From the NCBI GenBank assembly GCA_030704615.1, contig CM060732.1, forward strand, positions 53,816,001-53,880,000: a DNA stretch of 64,000 nucleotides, given 5' to 3'. The stretch comes from Takakia lepidozioides. Its lineage: Eukaryota > Plantae > Bryophyta. Of this stretch, positions 36,206 through 49,700 are shown piece after piece. How positions within the stretch are numbered: position 1 is the first letter of the stretch; every line of letters starts with the position of its first letter. The translations under genes were made by a program, and so were the position numbers. The notes beneath the pieces are model-generated. The model made no database searches, was not told the DNA's origin, and saw only the letters and a list, made by a program, of their open reading frames with translations.

Positions 36206-37792
36206 ATTAAGGTGTCGTCAACGACATCTTAATCCAGGCACTAAGAGGCAGGACTCCATATGTTGGCAACTTTAAAAAAAATCTGACCATATAAGATCCT
36301 CATTCATGGCAAACTCATCCCAAGAGGGCATGGATTTAAGGTATCGTCAACGACACCTTAATTCCATCTCTCAAATAGCAATCAAACAAGAGAATGGCAC
36401 AACACAGAACAACACAAGACTACATTGAATTGAAATTAGGGACAAAGGTGCAGAGTTGAGGCCACCTTGAATCAAACGGTATCAAAGGTTGAGAGAAATG
36501 CTCACACCCAAATCTAAAGAAGGCAAAGAGGTGAACTCGTGCTTTATAAATAAACATCTCAAAACACGTACTGGGATGTCGTTGACGACACCTTAATCCC
36601 CAGCACCTGCACACACACTGCCTTACCGCCAAGGCTTGTTCGTCATCAGATTTTTTCGGGTGAATTTTTTTGGGGTTTCCATGAATTGTCATATGCCAAC
36701 TCGTACTGGGAATTAAGATGTCGTTGACGACACCTTAATCTGGCACATTCAGGGGGAAAATAAAATAAAATAAAATAAAAGAGTTTTTTTTTTTTTTTTT
36801 TTTTGGAAAACTTGCTGGGAATTAAGATGGCGTTGATGACACCTTAATCTGGCACATTCGGGGGGGGGTGGGGGGGGGGGGGGGGGGGGGGGCATCTTTT
36901 TTTGAAAACTTGCTGGGAATTAAGATGTCGTTGATGACACCTTAATCCCCACCACTTGCACACACACCGCCAAGGCTTCTTCGCCTTGAAAGTTTTTTGG
37001 GTTGAAATTGTTTTGGTTAATATTTTTGGAAAAAAAAAATCAGGGATTTTGGTTTTTCCGTAAGCTGTCATGTGCCAACTCGTACTGGGAATTAAGATGT
37101 CGTTGACGACACCTTAATCCCGAGCACCTGCACACGCATCATGGTTCATTCATGTCGCTCATTTTTCATCCAAAAGTCATCCAACATTCATCCATTCATT
37201 TTTTCATTCATCTCAAAACCATTCAACCTGCAGCTTTTCATCGCACATTCGTACCATATGGTCGTCACCCATGAAGGATTCTTCCGTCGGATGGGGTGGA
37301 GATTGTGTCCGTACAGTGTAGTTTTTGTCCATGGCTATAGGTCATCTTCTTCCCTCGGTTGTAGGCTCCCATTCACTAATCTGCTCACGTTTGCAATCTG
37401 CTCACGCTTAAGGGATTCTACTCACGTTTACCACTTAAAGCGTGAGCATGCTCACGTGAACTGCTCACACGGTAGCTACCCTCTTGCAAATGAGACCAGT
37501 CACTCTTCATGGATCCACTTTGTTCAAGTAAACCCAAACCTTTCTCCATTTTTGGGCTTATATATATATATAGATATATAGTGTTTTATCCTGTTTGGTG
37601 AAATTCTCATGTCCAAACAGGGCAGGGGATTAAGATGTCGTTGACGACATCTTAATTCGTGCTTCCCTAAGCAGGATTACAACTCACTCCTATGGTTTTT
37701 TCCAGGCAGGATTTTTTTTCTTGCAACGATTTTCATGGGTTCATTTCTCATGCTGAGCATGCGATTTAAGATGTCGTTGACGATACCTTAAT
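36206..37792. repeat. Dispersed array of nine 28-bp palindromes ATTAAGATGTCGTTGACGACACCTTAAT
   Basis: Copies start at 36206, 36335 (GTCAAC core), 36575 (partial), 36712, 36821, 36919, 37091, 37629 and 37765 (GTTGAC core). Confidence 0.9.
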
Positions 37793-38285
37793 GTCTGGTC
37801 CCTGCGCTTGCTGATCCCTCACGAGACATGCTCATACAGTTGTCCATAGTCCCCTCATCTGGACAACTTTTCATCCGTGCTTCATCCAACGTTCATCCAT
37901 TTCACTTTTACGTCCATCCCAAATCCATTCATCCGTGAATGTTTCATCGTGCATTCGTGTCTCTTTGTCGTCATGGAGCCTTTCTATCTTCGGTCCGATG
38001 GAGCGGAGATTGCGTCGTTGTAGTGAAGTTGGCATCCACGGCAATAGGCCCACTTGTTCCCACAGTTTTGAGGTCCGCATCAGAAATCTACTCACGCTTT
38101 GAATCTGCTCACGCTTCGGGGAATCTGCTCACAGGTTCTGCTCACGGCTTTGCTGCCCTCTGTCTGTCTTATCCGTCTGAGGTCTCCGAGGAACTCCATC
38201 ACCAGACTCAGATTTAATTTGAATGTCGACTTGGGCTAGCATAACATCTCGGACATCCTAGAAAACCGGCGTTCCAATTGCCTCC

Positions 38286-38492
38286 TCAATCGTATCTGCT
38301 AGGATATGAGAGATTTGTCCTATCATTTGTGTTTGAGCAGCTGACAATAATGACACTAATTGTCGATGAAGTAAGCTGGAGGCAATGGCATGATCCATTA
38401 CCAGACACATTTAAACAATCACCGAGAGCGACAACTTGACCACCCCCTCGAAGATATAGAGACACCCTATCTCCGCTTTTAAATAGAGACAT
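38286..38492 (-). pseudogene. DUF8039/TNP1-like domain
   Basis: SGDRVSLYLRGGGQVVALG..CHCLQL..ISVIIV..NLSYPS fits the VVAxG..CHxxxL..VxV..LPxP pattern of CACTA TNP1-type C-terminal domains. Confidence 0.5.
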
Positions 38493-39519
38493 GTCGACTG
38501 AACCAAGAATCTTCTCACGGATGATAATGACTTCGAAACACAGTCCGAACTTCCACCTTGTAAACTTCCTGAACTAGATATTTTTATTTGACGGTATATT
38601 TGGACACATTAATGTGAATATTGGAATCCCAAATGCCTACCTCGAGATTCGTCTAGACAACCAGTGATCACAAACAGTGACAGCTTCAGTACAACTAATG
38701 ACCAATGACCAACAAATCCATTCATACTGTACTTCGAAACACGTTACAAAGTATCATTGGATGGATCGTCAACTAACAAGGTCTTTCACATTGAACTTCG
38801 AAACATATTATGAAGTACCACTGGATGGATCGTCTAACAAATATATTCATATCAAACTTCGAAACATGTTACGAAGTACCTCCGGATGGATCGACTAACA
38901 AATTTATTCAAACTAACCTTCGTTCGAAACATATTACGAAATGCTACCAGATGGATGACAAATGGATGGATGGAATAATATGGATGATATAATAAGTATG
39001 GATGAAGTATGACAAACTATATGAAGAATACTAGATTTAAATCTCTCTTCACTGCGATACTTCGGCATAGGGTACGAACCTTCCTAGAGTTGAAAATGGG
39101 TAATTGGGTGAGGAAATGTCTGAAGAGAGGGTAGTGAGAGACGATTCTGAAGAGAGGGGTGGGGTGGAAAGAGCACTCACTAGTAGTGAGCGAGACCATG
39201 AAGAGAACCAAAGAGAAGAGGGGTGGGGTGGAAAGAGGGAAAGAGATAGCGCTCCGAGATGATCATAGAGGTACAAGATGAGCAAGAAAGGAAAAAAATG
39301 AGCTGAGACCTCTTATTTATACATGTGGGATGTTTGGTGTAGGTCACAACGTGTTCCTTCAAGAGAGGTGGGGGACGCTATGATGGGGATCAACCTATGT
39401 TAGCCGTCGATTGTTGGAGAATCATGATTGCACGGTTGTAAGCATACGAGAGTTTGCAACCTCCCCTCTAGCTCGATCAATCTTGAGCACATTATGAAAG
39501 AGCCTACAAATGCAAAGCA

Positions 39520-40160
39520 AAGTGGATTTTGGCCATTCTGAGGCTACGACATGTGCGCATGTGGATTTTGGCCACATGAGGCTACCACGTGTGCGCAGTC
39601 ATGCCCTTGTCCACCATAATTACTTGTGGGGGCCTGCCATAATGGTAAATGACTCAATATATTGTGCACATCAAGCCACTGGTCTGAGGCTCAGATCCTG
39701 AAGTGTCGATGTGGCCTACACATGCAAAGTAGATACGAATCCATATTTGGGCCATTATGAGGCTACCACGTGTGCGCAGTCATTTAGAAAGACCCCACAT
39801 GCCCTTCAGCTCACCACGCAGCCACCCCCTTGTCCGCCATAACTACTCGTGGGGGCCCGCCATAATGGTAAGTGACACAATTCAATATATTGTGCACATC
39901 ATGCCACCAATGGTCTGAGGCTCAAATCCTGAGGTGTCCATGTGGCCTACACATGCAAAGTAGATATGAATCCATATTTGGGCCATTATGAGGCTACCAC
40001 GTGTGCGCAGTCATTTAGAAAGACCCCACATGCCCTTCAGCTCGCCACGCAGCCACCCCCTTGTCCGCCATAACTACTCGTGGGGGGCCGCCATAACAGT
40101 AAGTGACACAATTCAGTATATGGTGCATATCACGCCAATGGTCTGAGGCTCAAATCCTGA
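39520..40160. repeat. Tandem direct repeat, ~231-bp unit, about 2.5-3 copies
   Basis: TGAGGCTACCACGTGTGCGCAGTCAT at ~39578, 39758 and 39989 with conserved following sequence. Confidence 0.85.
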
Positions 40161-41717
40161 TCAGTTACTAAGGGTCAATTTTATCCCCTCCCCTTCTTCC
40201 CCCGCCCCTTGTAAAGAGCCTCAATTTTGAGCTGCCACTTCACTTTTTTGTTTTCAAAGAAGAAAATAAAATGAATTTGAGAATATGATCTTTATGCATA
40301 TACCACATTTAATCAAATTTATCTAGCCTAATGGGGATCGAATTTATCGAACTAATCAAACTAATCAAGGTCAAAATGGTGATTACTTCAGCATAACCTG
40401 GATGAAATATTGGTCATGATAGATGAATTCTGCCATGTATAGATGACGGCCCAATCAAAATCCGCGGATGTGTGGAGGTCCATTTTTTATCCTCTTAATC
40501 TGCACGATCCCGACCGTTGAATGTCCATTGAGTGCATGCCAAGAGGAATTGAGCCCCAAACCACTGGGGGGGACAAGATCTGTACTTTATTCTCACATTA
40601 ATGGACCCATAATGTGTTTTTGGAGGCGCCGCTTACCCGCCATAATGGATTTTGCAGGGCCCCCAAAGTAGCTAGTTATGGATTTGGATGGATGGACTAT
40701 CCACCCTACATCCATTCTTTCCATCCGAGGAAAAACGCCACAACCGTCGGATCTGACTCAGATTCGACGGTGAGGAATAGGAGCGATTTGCCAAGTCTAT
40801 ATCATGAAAGAGAGAGCTCTCTTTCTCTTTTGGTTTTTGTTTTCAGCCAGGCTGCTCAATCGGCTGTGTGAGGGAGACAGTGAGAGCGTGGAGCGAGCGA
40901 AATGTGAGCGTAGAATCTTTGTGAGCAAGGAGAGTACCTTAGATTTGTAAGGCAAGTCTGGAGTATTAGTGTTAGAGAGATTTGTAGGGTGGAGAATTAG
41001 CGTTAGAGAGAAATTTTGTTTGAGGTCATGATCCAGATGAAATTTATTTGTTAGAGATAGTTAGTGTTAATTAGAGTGTTCGTTATGTTATAGAGACGAG
41101 CTGCAACCAGCCTGCGAACAACGATGCAAGCCAGCGGCGGGCTAAAGATGACTCTTCCTCATTCTTATTCATGTTAAGTATTTGTATTTTTTATATTTAC
41201 AGGGACTTGGAGATCATCCATATATATCCGCAATAACTTTAAACTTAATTTTTACTGTTAGTTCTTTGACAAGGTGGACTTCGGACCCTGTTACGAAGTC
41301 CATACTCATAGCCACCACCCACGTTGCCATCATCCAGTGTACATTATTAGTGATAAAGACATTTTCACATTTGCAGAGGGTTTACTCAACATGTCAATGT
41401 AGTATGTGATGGTATTATCGAATTAAATGTTCCTCTAACTCATGTGTCTATTACGGTGTTTCATTCTTCTTTCATTAGTTGGACTTTCGTACACACCATT
41501 TGTAATACATGGAAACAACTTCGGACCCTGTTTCAAAGTCCTTCAATTCAATCTTGGTGGCTTAAAGAATTATTTGATATGTTGCAGGAAGAAATGTCCG
41601 GATGCATGCAAACCCATCATGACTTATGACATCGTTGGGGAGTTTATTTTCTGAACAGTCTCCAGAATATCAAACTGAGCATAACTCAATATTCTATCTA
41701 TTAGACAAAGTGTCCTC

Positions 41718-44700
41718 TTGGGAATTAATATGCGAGGAAATCCTCCGGCCCATGTTTTTCGATTCATGTATACGGAACAAGATGAGCTTGGGGCTTTGGA
41801 GATGGAATGCACACATGTTTTGGGTGTGGAGATCCAGCCCGATGTTGATCATCTGTATGTGGTGGTATTTCTTCAAGAGGAGGACCAGAAAGGACGGACC
41901 ATTGGGTATGCGTCAAAGACGACAAATGTGGACAAAGGCCTCATGGCTGGGTTGTTGGAATCTGGGTTTAAGTTCCCACACGATGGAACAGTTCCGAGTG
42001 AGTCTACTTTCGCTTTGGAGTGGTCCAGATTTCAGGGACGCCTCTTTATTCTAGGAAAAGAGAATGAGAAGAAAAGAGATGAGCAGGAGCCCGAACCAAC
42101 TCAAAAGAAAAAAAAAAACCACTCGAAAAAGAAAGTTGACCACTGAAGCATCCATTGAAGACGATGTTGATGAAAAAACACCATCAAAGTCAAAGAGGAA
42201 GTCCAGAGCCCCACTTGACCCTATATTTGCAACCGACAAGAAGCCAAAACCTGGTGAAATTTTCAACAAAAACAAATGTGAGCAAATGGAAAAAGAGCTC
42301 AACAAATTTTACGGGGATTTGTTTCCATTTGGGTCTGACGAAATCCATGATATTCCCATATTGAGCATGGAGCAAGCACCGAGGCAAATGGTTTATCGGC
42401 CACTAAATATTAAGCACAAGGATGAAGTAAAGGCTAGATTGTTCCATCTCCGAGTCCTCGATTCCAAGCATCCCGTCTACATTACCCCAATACATGCCCA
42501 CTAATGACAGTCAAGTTTGGGCCAACAAACCACAGTCTTGGGACGAGGTGAAGAATGCAAAATTCTTTGTGATTGGTGGGCAAGACACCATAATTGCTGC
42601 CAAGGTACGGTTACCCTCCCCCTCCAAAGTCTTTGAGTCACCACTTCGGCCTCTGTTTCGAAGTCCATGAGCTAACATTCTAGAGTTGGTTACATGAGCT
42701 TATTCATGGGGTTGACAATGATGAGTTGAAGACATACACAGTACTTGGCCGGCCAAGATCATTTGGTCAAATGACGTCCTGAGGCTAGTGAAGATATCCA
42801 AACTCCTAAACGATCCGAACAAGGCACAAAAATTTGATATCACATTTCCAGAGAAGGTGGCACATTGCAGATTATTTTACGAGCTACAAAACAGACCCAA
42901 AAAATATAACGATTCCCACTGCCACTCGGAAAGCGCTCAATGGGTGGTAAGAAGCAAAACATTGACCTTATGTTTTTTCAAATGCTTCAATAATTGCTTC
43001 AAATGGTTCAGTTTCAAATGCTCATCGAACATGGTAGAGATGTGTCCTTACAATATGGTTCATCTCGCAGGATTTTATGCAAGTTGTCCATGTTATCATG
43101 GAGCAGATTTATGTGAAGGAGGCCATGGTCCTCATTTTATCAGAGGAAGAAGTGTGGGAGAAGTGGAAAATTGTATTCCAAAAATGGGAGGATGGACGCC
43201 TTATCGATAACATTGGGAAGCCTTGCAAAGGTGTACAGGTTCCAATAACTAGGTCTCAGCTAAGGACTATTTAGGGGCTATCTGGGCGGCAGCTGGGGAA
43301 AATCGCGGAAAAGCTTCTTAGTTGCAAGCTGACTGTTCGCCACCCCTATAAGGCCCAAGACAAGTCTCTTCAGAGCATGATCAACTATATTGAGCACATG
43401 AAGAAAAGGAGGCTTATAATTGACGACATCATGCATGTTTCTGGTTTTCCATTGCGGACAAATGACAATACAAATCCTTATAAAAGAGAAAAATGGCTTG
43501 AGGTCAAGAAGAAATACAGGATTGACAAAGTCCAGTTTGGGTCATTACGCAAGGCACTGGGATCGACGTATCTTGCCGACAAGGCAAACATGAACAAAGA
43601 GCGGCCATCCATTCCTGCAGCATTCATCACTGAGCTTCTTGCAATGAAAAAAAGTGTTGAGGAGAACGATGGGAAAGCAAAATCAATGAGATCTGACTTC
43701 AAAAATGTCTAGAGGCATGTTGGCATTGGAGCAAAAGCAGATGATATCAAGTTGAAACTCTCCTATATCCCGAAGGACGAGTTTGCAAACATCAGTCTTG
43801 TGTTCGTGAATACTCTCCCAGAAGATGATTCGATAATTTGGCCCCCCTCGGATTACTCAACAACCCTCAACGCATTCCGATTCATGAAGTTTAATTGCAC
43901 TGCCTTTGTTTTCATGTCAAGTCCTGCATCTTCAGCTCATCTCAATTACTACATTTGAACTGGAGAGGGTGCCAAAAGATTTATTTGTGTTGAAGGTCTC
44001 TATTTTCCTGGGGCGATGGAGACTGAATACAAGTTCTGCAAGTTTGGATTGTCGGAACCATATCTTTGTCTGGACTATGTGTTTCCGGTCTCATCTACAG
44101 AGTTTGTGCATCCAGAGGAGCACATTGACAGATGTCTGAGAGTCAAACCAATTCAGACTGTCTTGAGGGGTACAAATGACGAATTTACAGACCGCGAGCT
44201 GAATTTGAAGTCCTACACTCATGAGCTTCGCAGCTCTGCCTATGCGTACATCACCTCTTCGTTTTGCACGGCAGGAATGGCGGCGGTCAATATTTTTGGA
44301 GGACCTGCACTTTCTTGTCATCTCCATGTAAGTGCTAGTATCATTATAAATATATTATGAGTTACAGTTTTTTATATCTCTTCACTTTATTTTTATATCT
44401 TTGCTCTCTTTCACTTATCTCATTTTTGTTAGTTGATGACTTTGAAACAAGGTCCGAAGTCATTTTATAATTCTTGCGTAGGATGTTTAATATTTTTCCA
44501 CTGTCTCTAGCTTGTATCTTTTCTCTGACACGGTTAATCATCATGTCACCAGACTCTTCAAGTACACGTTCTTGACTTCAACTCCCACGACCAAAAGGTG
44601 GTATGCAAACAGAAGGTAGAGGCAGAGTTTCGTCACTTAATGCTTCAAGAGAAAGGGAAAGGTCCAACCGAAGGCCAACATAGCACCGCTGGGAGTCAAC

Positions 44701-45272
44701 ATGGAGGGCGTGATCCACAACTAAATCCTATTATCCCTAGCACAATCAATCCCATAGTGGATGTTTCAGATTCCAGCGTGTCAGACGAAGACAATCAACA
44801 TGGGACTAATAATAAGAAACCACAAGACGATGTGGTCAGAAGAGTCTCACCTCAAATCACAGAAAGCAGTGCCACCCGAGGTCCAAGTACTGGTGGTATT
44901 GGTGATGGTACTAGTAGTCCTCATAACGAGGAAAATAACGAGAAATTATCGTCGTTTGAGAGGAATTTGAAACTTGGGTCTATGAATTTGATGTTGGATT
45001 ACGATGCCACGGGTCATTAGGCCAATCTGGTGAATATGATAGATCCAATTGTGTCTGATGTGCAGGTCCCGGAAAATACCATGACAGAGTTTGTTGATGT
45101 CTTGGATGTGGCTCTTCACAATGATGATGGTGATCGCCCACCAACAGTGCAGTTTCTTGAGCCTGTCCCACATGCCATTCCAACGTATCGTGTCCAGTCA
45201 ATAATGGGTGCGGTACTTGGGAGGGGTATAATATCCCCACGTCTACAGAAACAAATGTCTTGGATGATGTAG
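41718..45272 (+). pseudogene. Multi-exon gene: basic/NLS region, ParB/Srx-like domain, degenerate methyltransferase-like fold, disordered tail
   Basis: HDIPILSM..MVYRPLN..V...FFVIGGQDTIIAAK|GT (ParB-like VIxGxHR-type motif), WPAKIIWS..LVKISKLLN, later RSSAYAYITSSFCTAGMAAVNIFGG|GT. Several frameshifts and stops. Confidence 0.5.
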
Positions 45273-45704
45273 AGGCTGAGCAAGATGATAGGGGTTTTAT
45301 TCATGCAGCTAGTGATAGGCCTCTGGATTTTCAATCTCCTATCCCCACGAAGAGGCGTAGAGAAGGATCGTCTACTAGGAAAGTGAATGAAGTACGTAAC
45401 ATCTCTGATCAGGAAACACTATGATTGGGTAGATGATGAGACATTGTTGAAAACCGTTGATATGAATGTCTGCAATAAATTTGAGTAGTACATTCCTTGG
45501 TAAACTATTTGATTACGTGTTTGATATCCATCTTTTGTAACTATTAATCTTCATGAATTTAATTGTGTGTTCTAGGTTCAACTCTCAGAAACGAGGGAGA
45601 TCACTATGTCGCAATCACCCTCAGAGTTACATCGGACAACTCAGACCCAAGTGGAAGTGACAAGTCATGCTGTGATTACCAACGTTAGCCAATCAAGCTC
45701 CGAC

Positions 45705-46215
45705 GCAGAGCCCAAGTGCAAGATCTCCTATGTATCCCAGTGCGTTTCCTATGTCGAGGCCCAAGTGCGACCTCTAGGGTAGCCTGTGCCATCGGCCCAT
45801 GTCTGAAGAATTGAAATGCAACACCGAGTGCAATTTCCTATGTATCATAGTGCGTCTCCTATGTCGAGGCCCAAGTGCGACCTTTAGTGTAGCTTGTGCC
45901 GTTGGCCCATGTTTGAAGAATTGAAATCCAAGACCGAATGCAATTTCCTATGTATCCAAGTGCGTCTCCTCTGTCGAGGCCTATCTAAGCCCAAGTGCAA
46001 TCTTCTATTCATGTATCCAAATGCATCTCCCATGTATAGGCCTAAGTGTCTAGTGTCATCTAAGCCCCGAATGCTAGATGACACAAGACACTTGGGCCAA
46101 CGGCACAAGCTATCCCAGAGGTCGCATTCGGGGATGGACATAGGAGACGCATTTGGATACATAAGAGACTTTAGATGACACTGGACACTTGGGCCAACAG
46201 CACAGGCTGCCCTAG
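45705..46215. repeat. Direct-plus-inverted repeat cluster (foldback)
   Basis: GCCCAAGTG / TATGTATCCAAGTGCGTCTCCT units repeat in 45705-46050 and appear inverted in 46075-46215. Central stem GTGTCATCTA/TAGATGACAC. Confidence 0.75.
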
Positions 46216-46458
46216 TCTTTCTTGAATATGACATTTTGTTGATCCAAAGTACCAGATAGAAAAATTATATCCATGTATTACCAAAAATATATTATTCAAA
46301 AAAATGAATCCATGTTTGATACTGACACATTGTGTTTTGTACCATGTAATGATATGTACGTATGAACATCATACTACAAGACATTTTAGCGTTGAGACGA
46401 ATATCCAAAAGAAGCTAAAGATGAACCTCCTTGCAATGATGATTCATTTGCAAAACGA

Positions 46459-47610
46459 CTACCTTGCAAGAGAGATAACTCTACATCGTCGTTTACTTAT
46501 ACCATATTTCATTGTCTTGCTAGTGTGCAGACGGTTCAAAATAATCTGGACATGACTCTCAACACCAGTGGACATGGTTCTGTTCTCGCTATGGTTGAAC
46601 ATATCATCGGAATTCACGCTCGCAACCACACTGCGTGACGTTGAAGATCCAGATTTGCGGGACTCTAATTCCAACAGTCGAGTTGAGGCCTTCTCCTGTC
46701 GAATTATATTTCGCAACTCCTCATCATGATTCACTGAACAAAAAGTACACAATGAGACACTTCGAAATCCATGCCGAAGTACCATGGAGCCACGGATGAA
46801 TAACAATTTAGAAAATTAAAATAATTAAAATAATTAAAATAATAAATTGTCATAATCACCGAAAGTTTTTTGGCGTACCAAGATAATCAGGTTGAAGAAG
46901 ACGAGGGTGACGAATAGATGGATCAACATATCTCCCGAACCAAGACCAATGCGGATGGTCACGTCTGATGGAAGGTCGTGTTCTCTTTACACAGTTTTCA
47001 CTGACATAGTCCACCACACTAGAGGCTCCAATCATCTTGTGCATGAACGGCCAAACCATCATCACCATATCACTCATGTTTTGGTCCATAGAGGCATTTT
47101 TTCCTGAAGATAAAACCTTGAAAGGAAGAGGGAAAAACCCTATATTCTCTGGGTTCCTTAGTGCTTTGGAAGGCTCATCATCAACTAAGAGAATCTGACC
47201 TTGTTTTGCGAATGGCTTGTCTGCAAACTTTATTAAAACTTTGTCAATATCTTTGAGCACGTACTTCATTTCATACTTAATATAGCCAGACGTAATTGTA
47301 CAGTGCTTAGCCGACCAAATGAAACAAAATTGTTTCATGATCTCCGGTGGAACAAAAGCCTCCAGCATTATGAAAAGAACATCTTTCTGGGCGCATGACC
47401 AAATAGCGACATGAAAATTTGTCGTCAACAACTTCAAAAATTCAATCATACCTGGACGAGGAATTACAAATGGTGTCTCTGGCACTTGAAGTTTTATGTG
47501 TCGTCCGGGATATTTAGCTCTCTCAACAACTCCAACCCACTTGGAGGGGGTCTGAAGCACAAAAGACCATTGACGCTTAATATGACAAACATTCGTTTTT
47601 TCTGACCCGA
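46459..47610 (-). pseudogene. NIF/FCP1-like domain (type C, copy A) plus short last exon
   Basis: KKRMFVILSVNGLLC (frameshift), PRPGMIEFL..NFHVAIWS, LKDIDKV, QILLVDDEPSKALRNPEN. Tail FCSVN..VVASVNSDD. Confidence 0.8.
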
Positions 47611-49419
47611 GATGATTTGGGTGTTTACGCTCTTAGAGGCGGTCACCTAGAAATAAAAATGAAATATCATTAGTACTGCCAAAGAACATAACATAAAATA
47701 AAAATTCACAAAAGAAAGATCACTTCGGACCATATGTCGAAGTGCATTGGGTATCTTTAAGAGAGATGCCCCATTGGCTAATAACATAGTTCATCTTCTG
47801 GTAACAGCATCAAAGGACATAACTAGTGCAACGCCGAAAAGAAAAGAACTCATATTCTTCAACAAAACATATAAAGATAACAAGAAATGAGAATAATGCG
47901 AAAATATTTGATACCATTTTAGGCAAATCGCTTAAAGACTTCTTTTTTAGGCTTTTGAGTTTTTTGGATATTGGGAGCTGCAATGAGGACGACAAATCAG
48001 CTTCTGGACCTCCATCAGCGGTCGAACATTTCAATTTTGACCTTGGGAAAATATGCCATTTATCTTGAGAAATATCCATTTTCTCATTTGCATTCGATGA
48101 CTCGGATCCTGTCGATCTACGAACCGAATTGGAGAATCTTTGAATGGAGATTCCACCAGTATTTTTTGTTGCGGACCTCACTTTGCATGGTATTTTCTCA
48201 GATTGAGAGGATGTTGTAACAAAAGAGCTTTCCTTATGTAGATCTGAAGTTATCCCTCTTGAGACCACGAAACAATCAGACGAATGCTTGGATATGCTCG
48301 GCTCAACTGAAACATATACAAGGTCCTGCTCGCAAAATGAAGTCTCAGTACATTTACCAAAAACATAAGGAACAAACATAAAATCACATTATGTATGTTA
48401 TAATAGTAACTTACCTTCGCTTCTCGTACTCTCGGTTCTGAGAGATCCATAAACTTCCTTTGCCTCGCCAAGAAATGTGGATTTATCCATTCTAAAATAC
48501 TACATTTTGGACTTGCAGCAATTGGTTCCGAAAGATCTGTGAGTTGTCCCTGCCTTGCCAAGAAGTGTGGATTGATCCACTCCAAAATACTACGTTTTGG
48601 ACTCGCAGCTATCGGTAATTCAGAGGATGCTTACTGCATTCAAGTCGATTCCAATGTGCTTATGGAGAAAACATTGGCTCAATTTTCTTATCCATCAATT
48701 GGAGATGATAGCGGGAGAATGGGTTCATCAAATGTGTTACCACAAAATCATGTCCACATCGACAATACACTGGTACCATCATCCATGTTTTACATTTCAC
48801 ATTCATTTAAAGATTTAAACATTCCAGGTCTCTTCATAATCTTTGACATACCTTCTAGGTTTTATGGTGTTAGTTTTAGGTGTGATCATTGACTGTATGC
48901 AGGCCATCGAGGAGTTGAAGGATAAGTCAGTCCCAACTATCACACAAGACAACTATTATCATATTACAGATATGGACAACCAAAGCTTTCACGCTCATAT
49001 ACTTATGTATGAAATGGCTACTGTAGTGGGCATGGAGGTATTAAGCCCAACCACCATTAGTAGGGACTTGTTCCACAAAGCATGGCAAGACCTTAAGTAC
49101 ATATAGCAATGACCATATTATCTTCTCTAAAAAAAGAACCAGTTGACTTGTAAAATTTTACCGCCGTCCTCATATTTCACTTAGTCAGTTACACCAAGTT
49201 TTCGATATTGTAAGTTCGTTCCTGACATTCATTCCCATTTTTTTGCAATCAACCTATCAAAATTACGAATGTGATTCAATGATTTGTATGCATGCCTCAT
49301 TGCATGTTGGAACTTGGTCATGAAGGATTTGGAAGACTTGTCTTGACCTTGCTTCACGGAGAGTAAGACTTGTGATCATATTATCCATATGGATGTGAAG
49401 AGCTCTCGTAATGCCCACA

Positions 49420-49700
49420 CTTTCCTAAGAGGCTTAAGAAACATAGATGGATGATCTGTTTGATTTTGTCTTGCCTTGTACTAAAGATCAGTATTTGGGG
49501 GGCAGACTATGCAGTCGTTCTGAGTCATAACAAAAACAGGTTCTGGCAGACCTTCAAAAAGTCTCTTAACAATAGGCATGAGGTTTCGGAGCATCATGCA
49601 ACTCCAGATAGCTAGATCAAATGAACCACTTAATGAACGCCAGACTTGATCATAACGTTCACGTCAGTAGACCAATTTCTTGCCAATAACTAAGAGCTGT
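49420..49700 (-). pseudogene. NIF/FCP1-like domain (type B, copy A), not in the ORF track
   Basis: Manual translation: LLVIGKKLVY*RERYDQVWRSLSGSFDLAIWSCMMLRNLMPIVKRLFEGLPEPVFVMTQNDCIVCP..HPSMFLKPLRKVW. Aligns with 53783-54253. Confidence 0.75.

Noticed and set aside
36206-37792. CRISPR array (28-bp palindromic repeats)
   Set aside because: Spacers vary from ~70 to 510 bp and partly repeat each other, orientation flips, there are no cas genes, and the context is eukaryotic.
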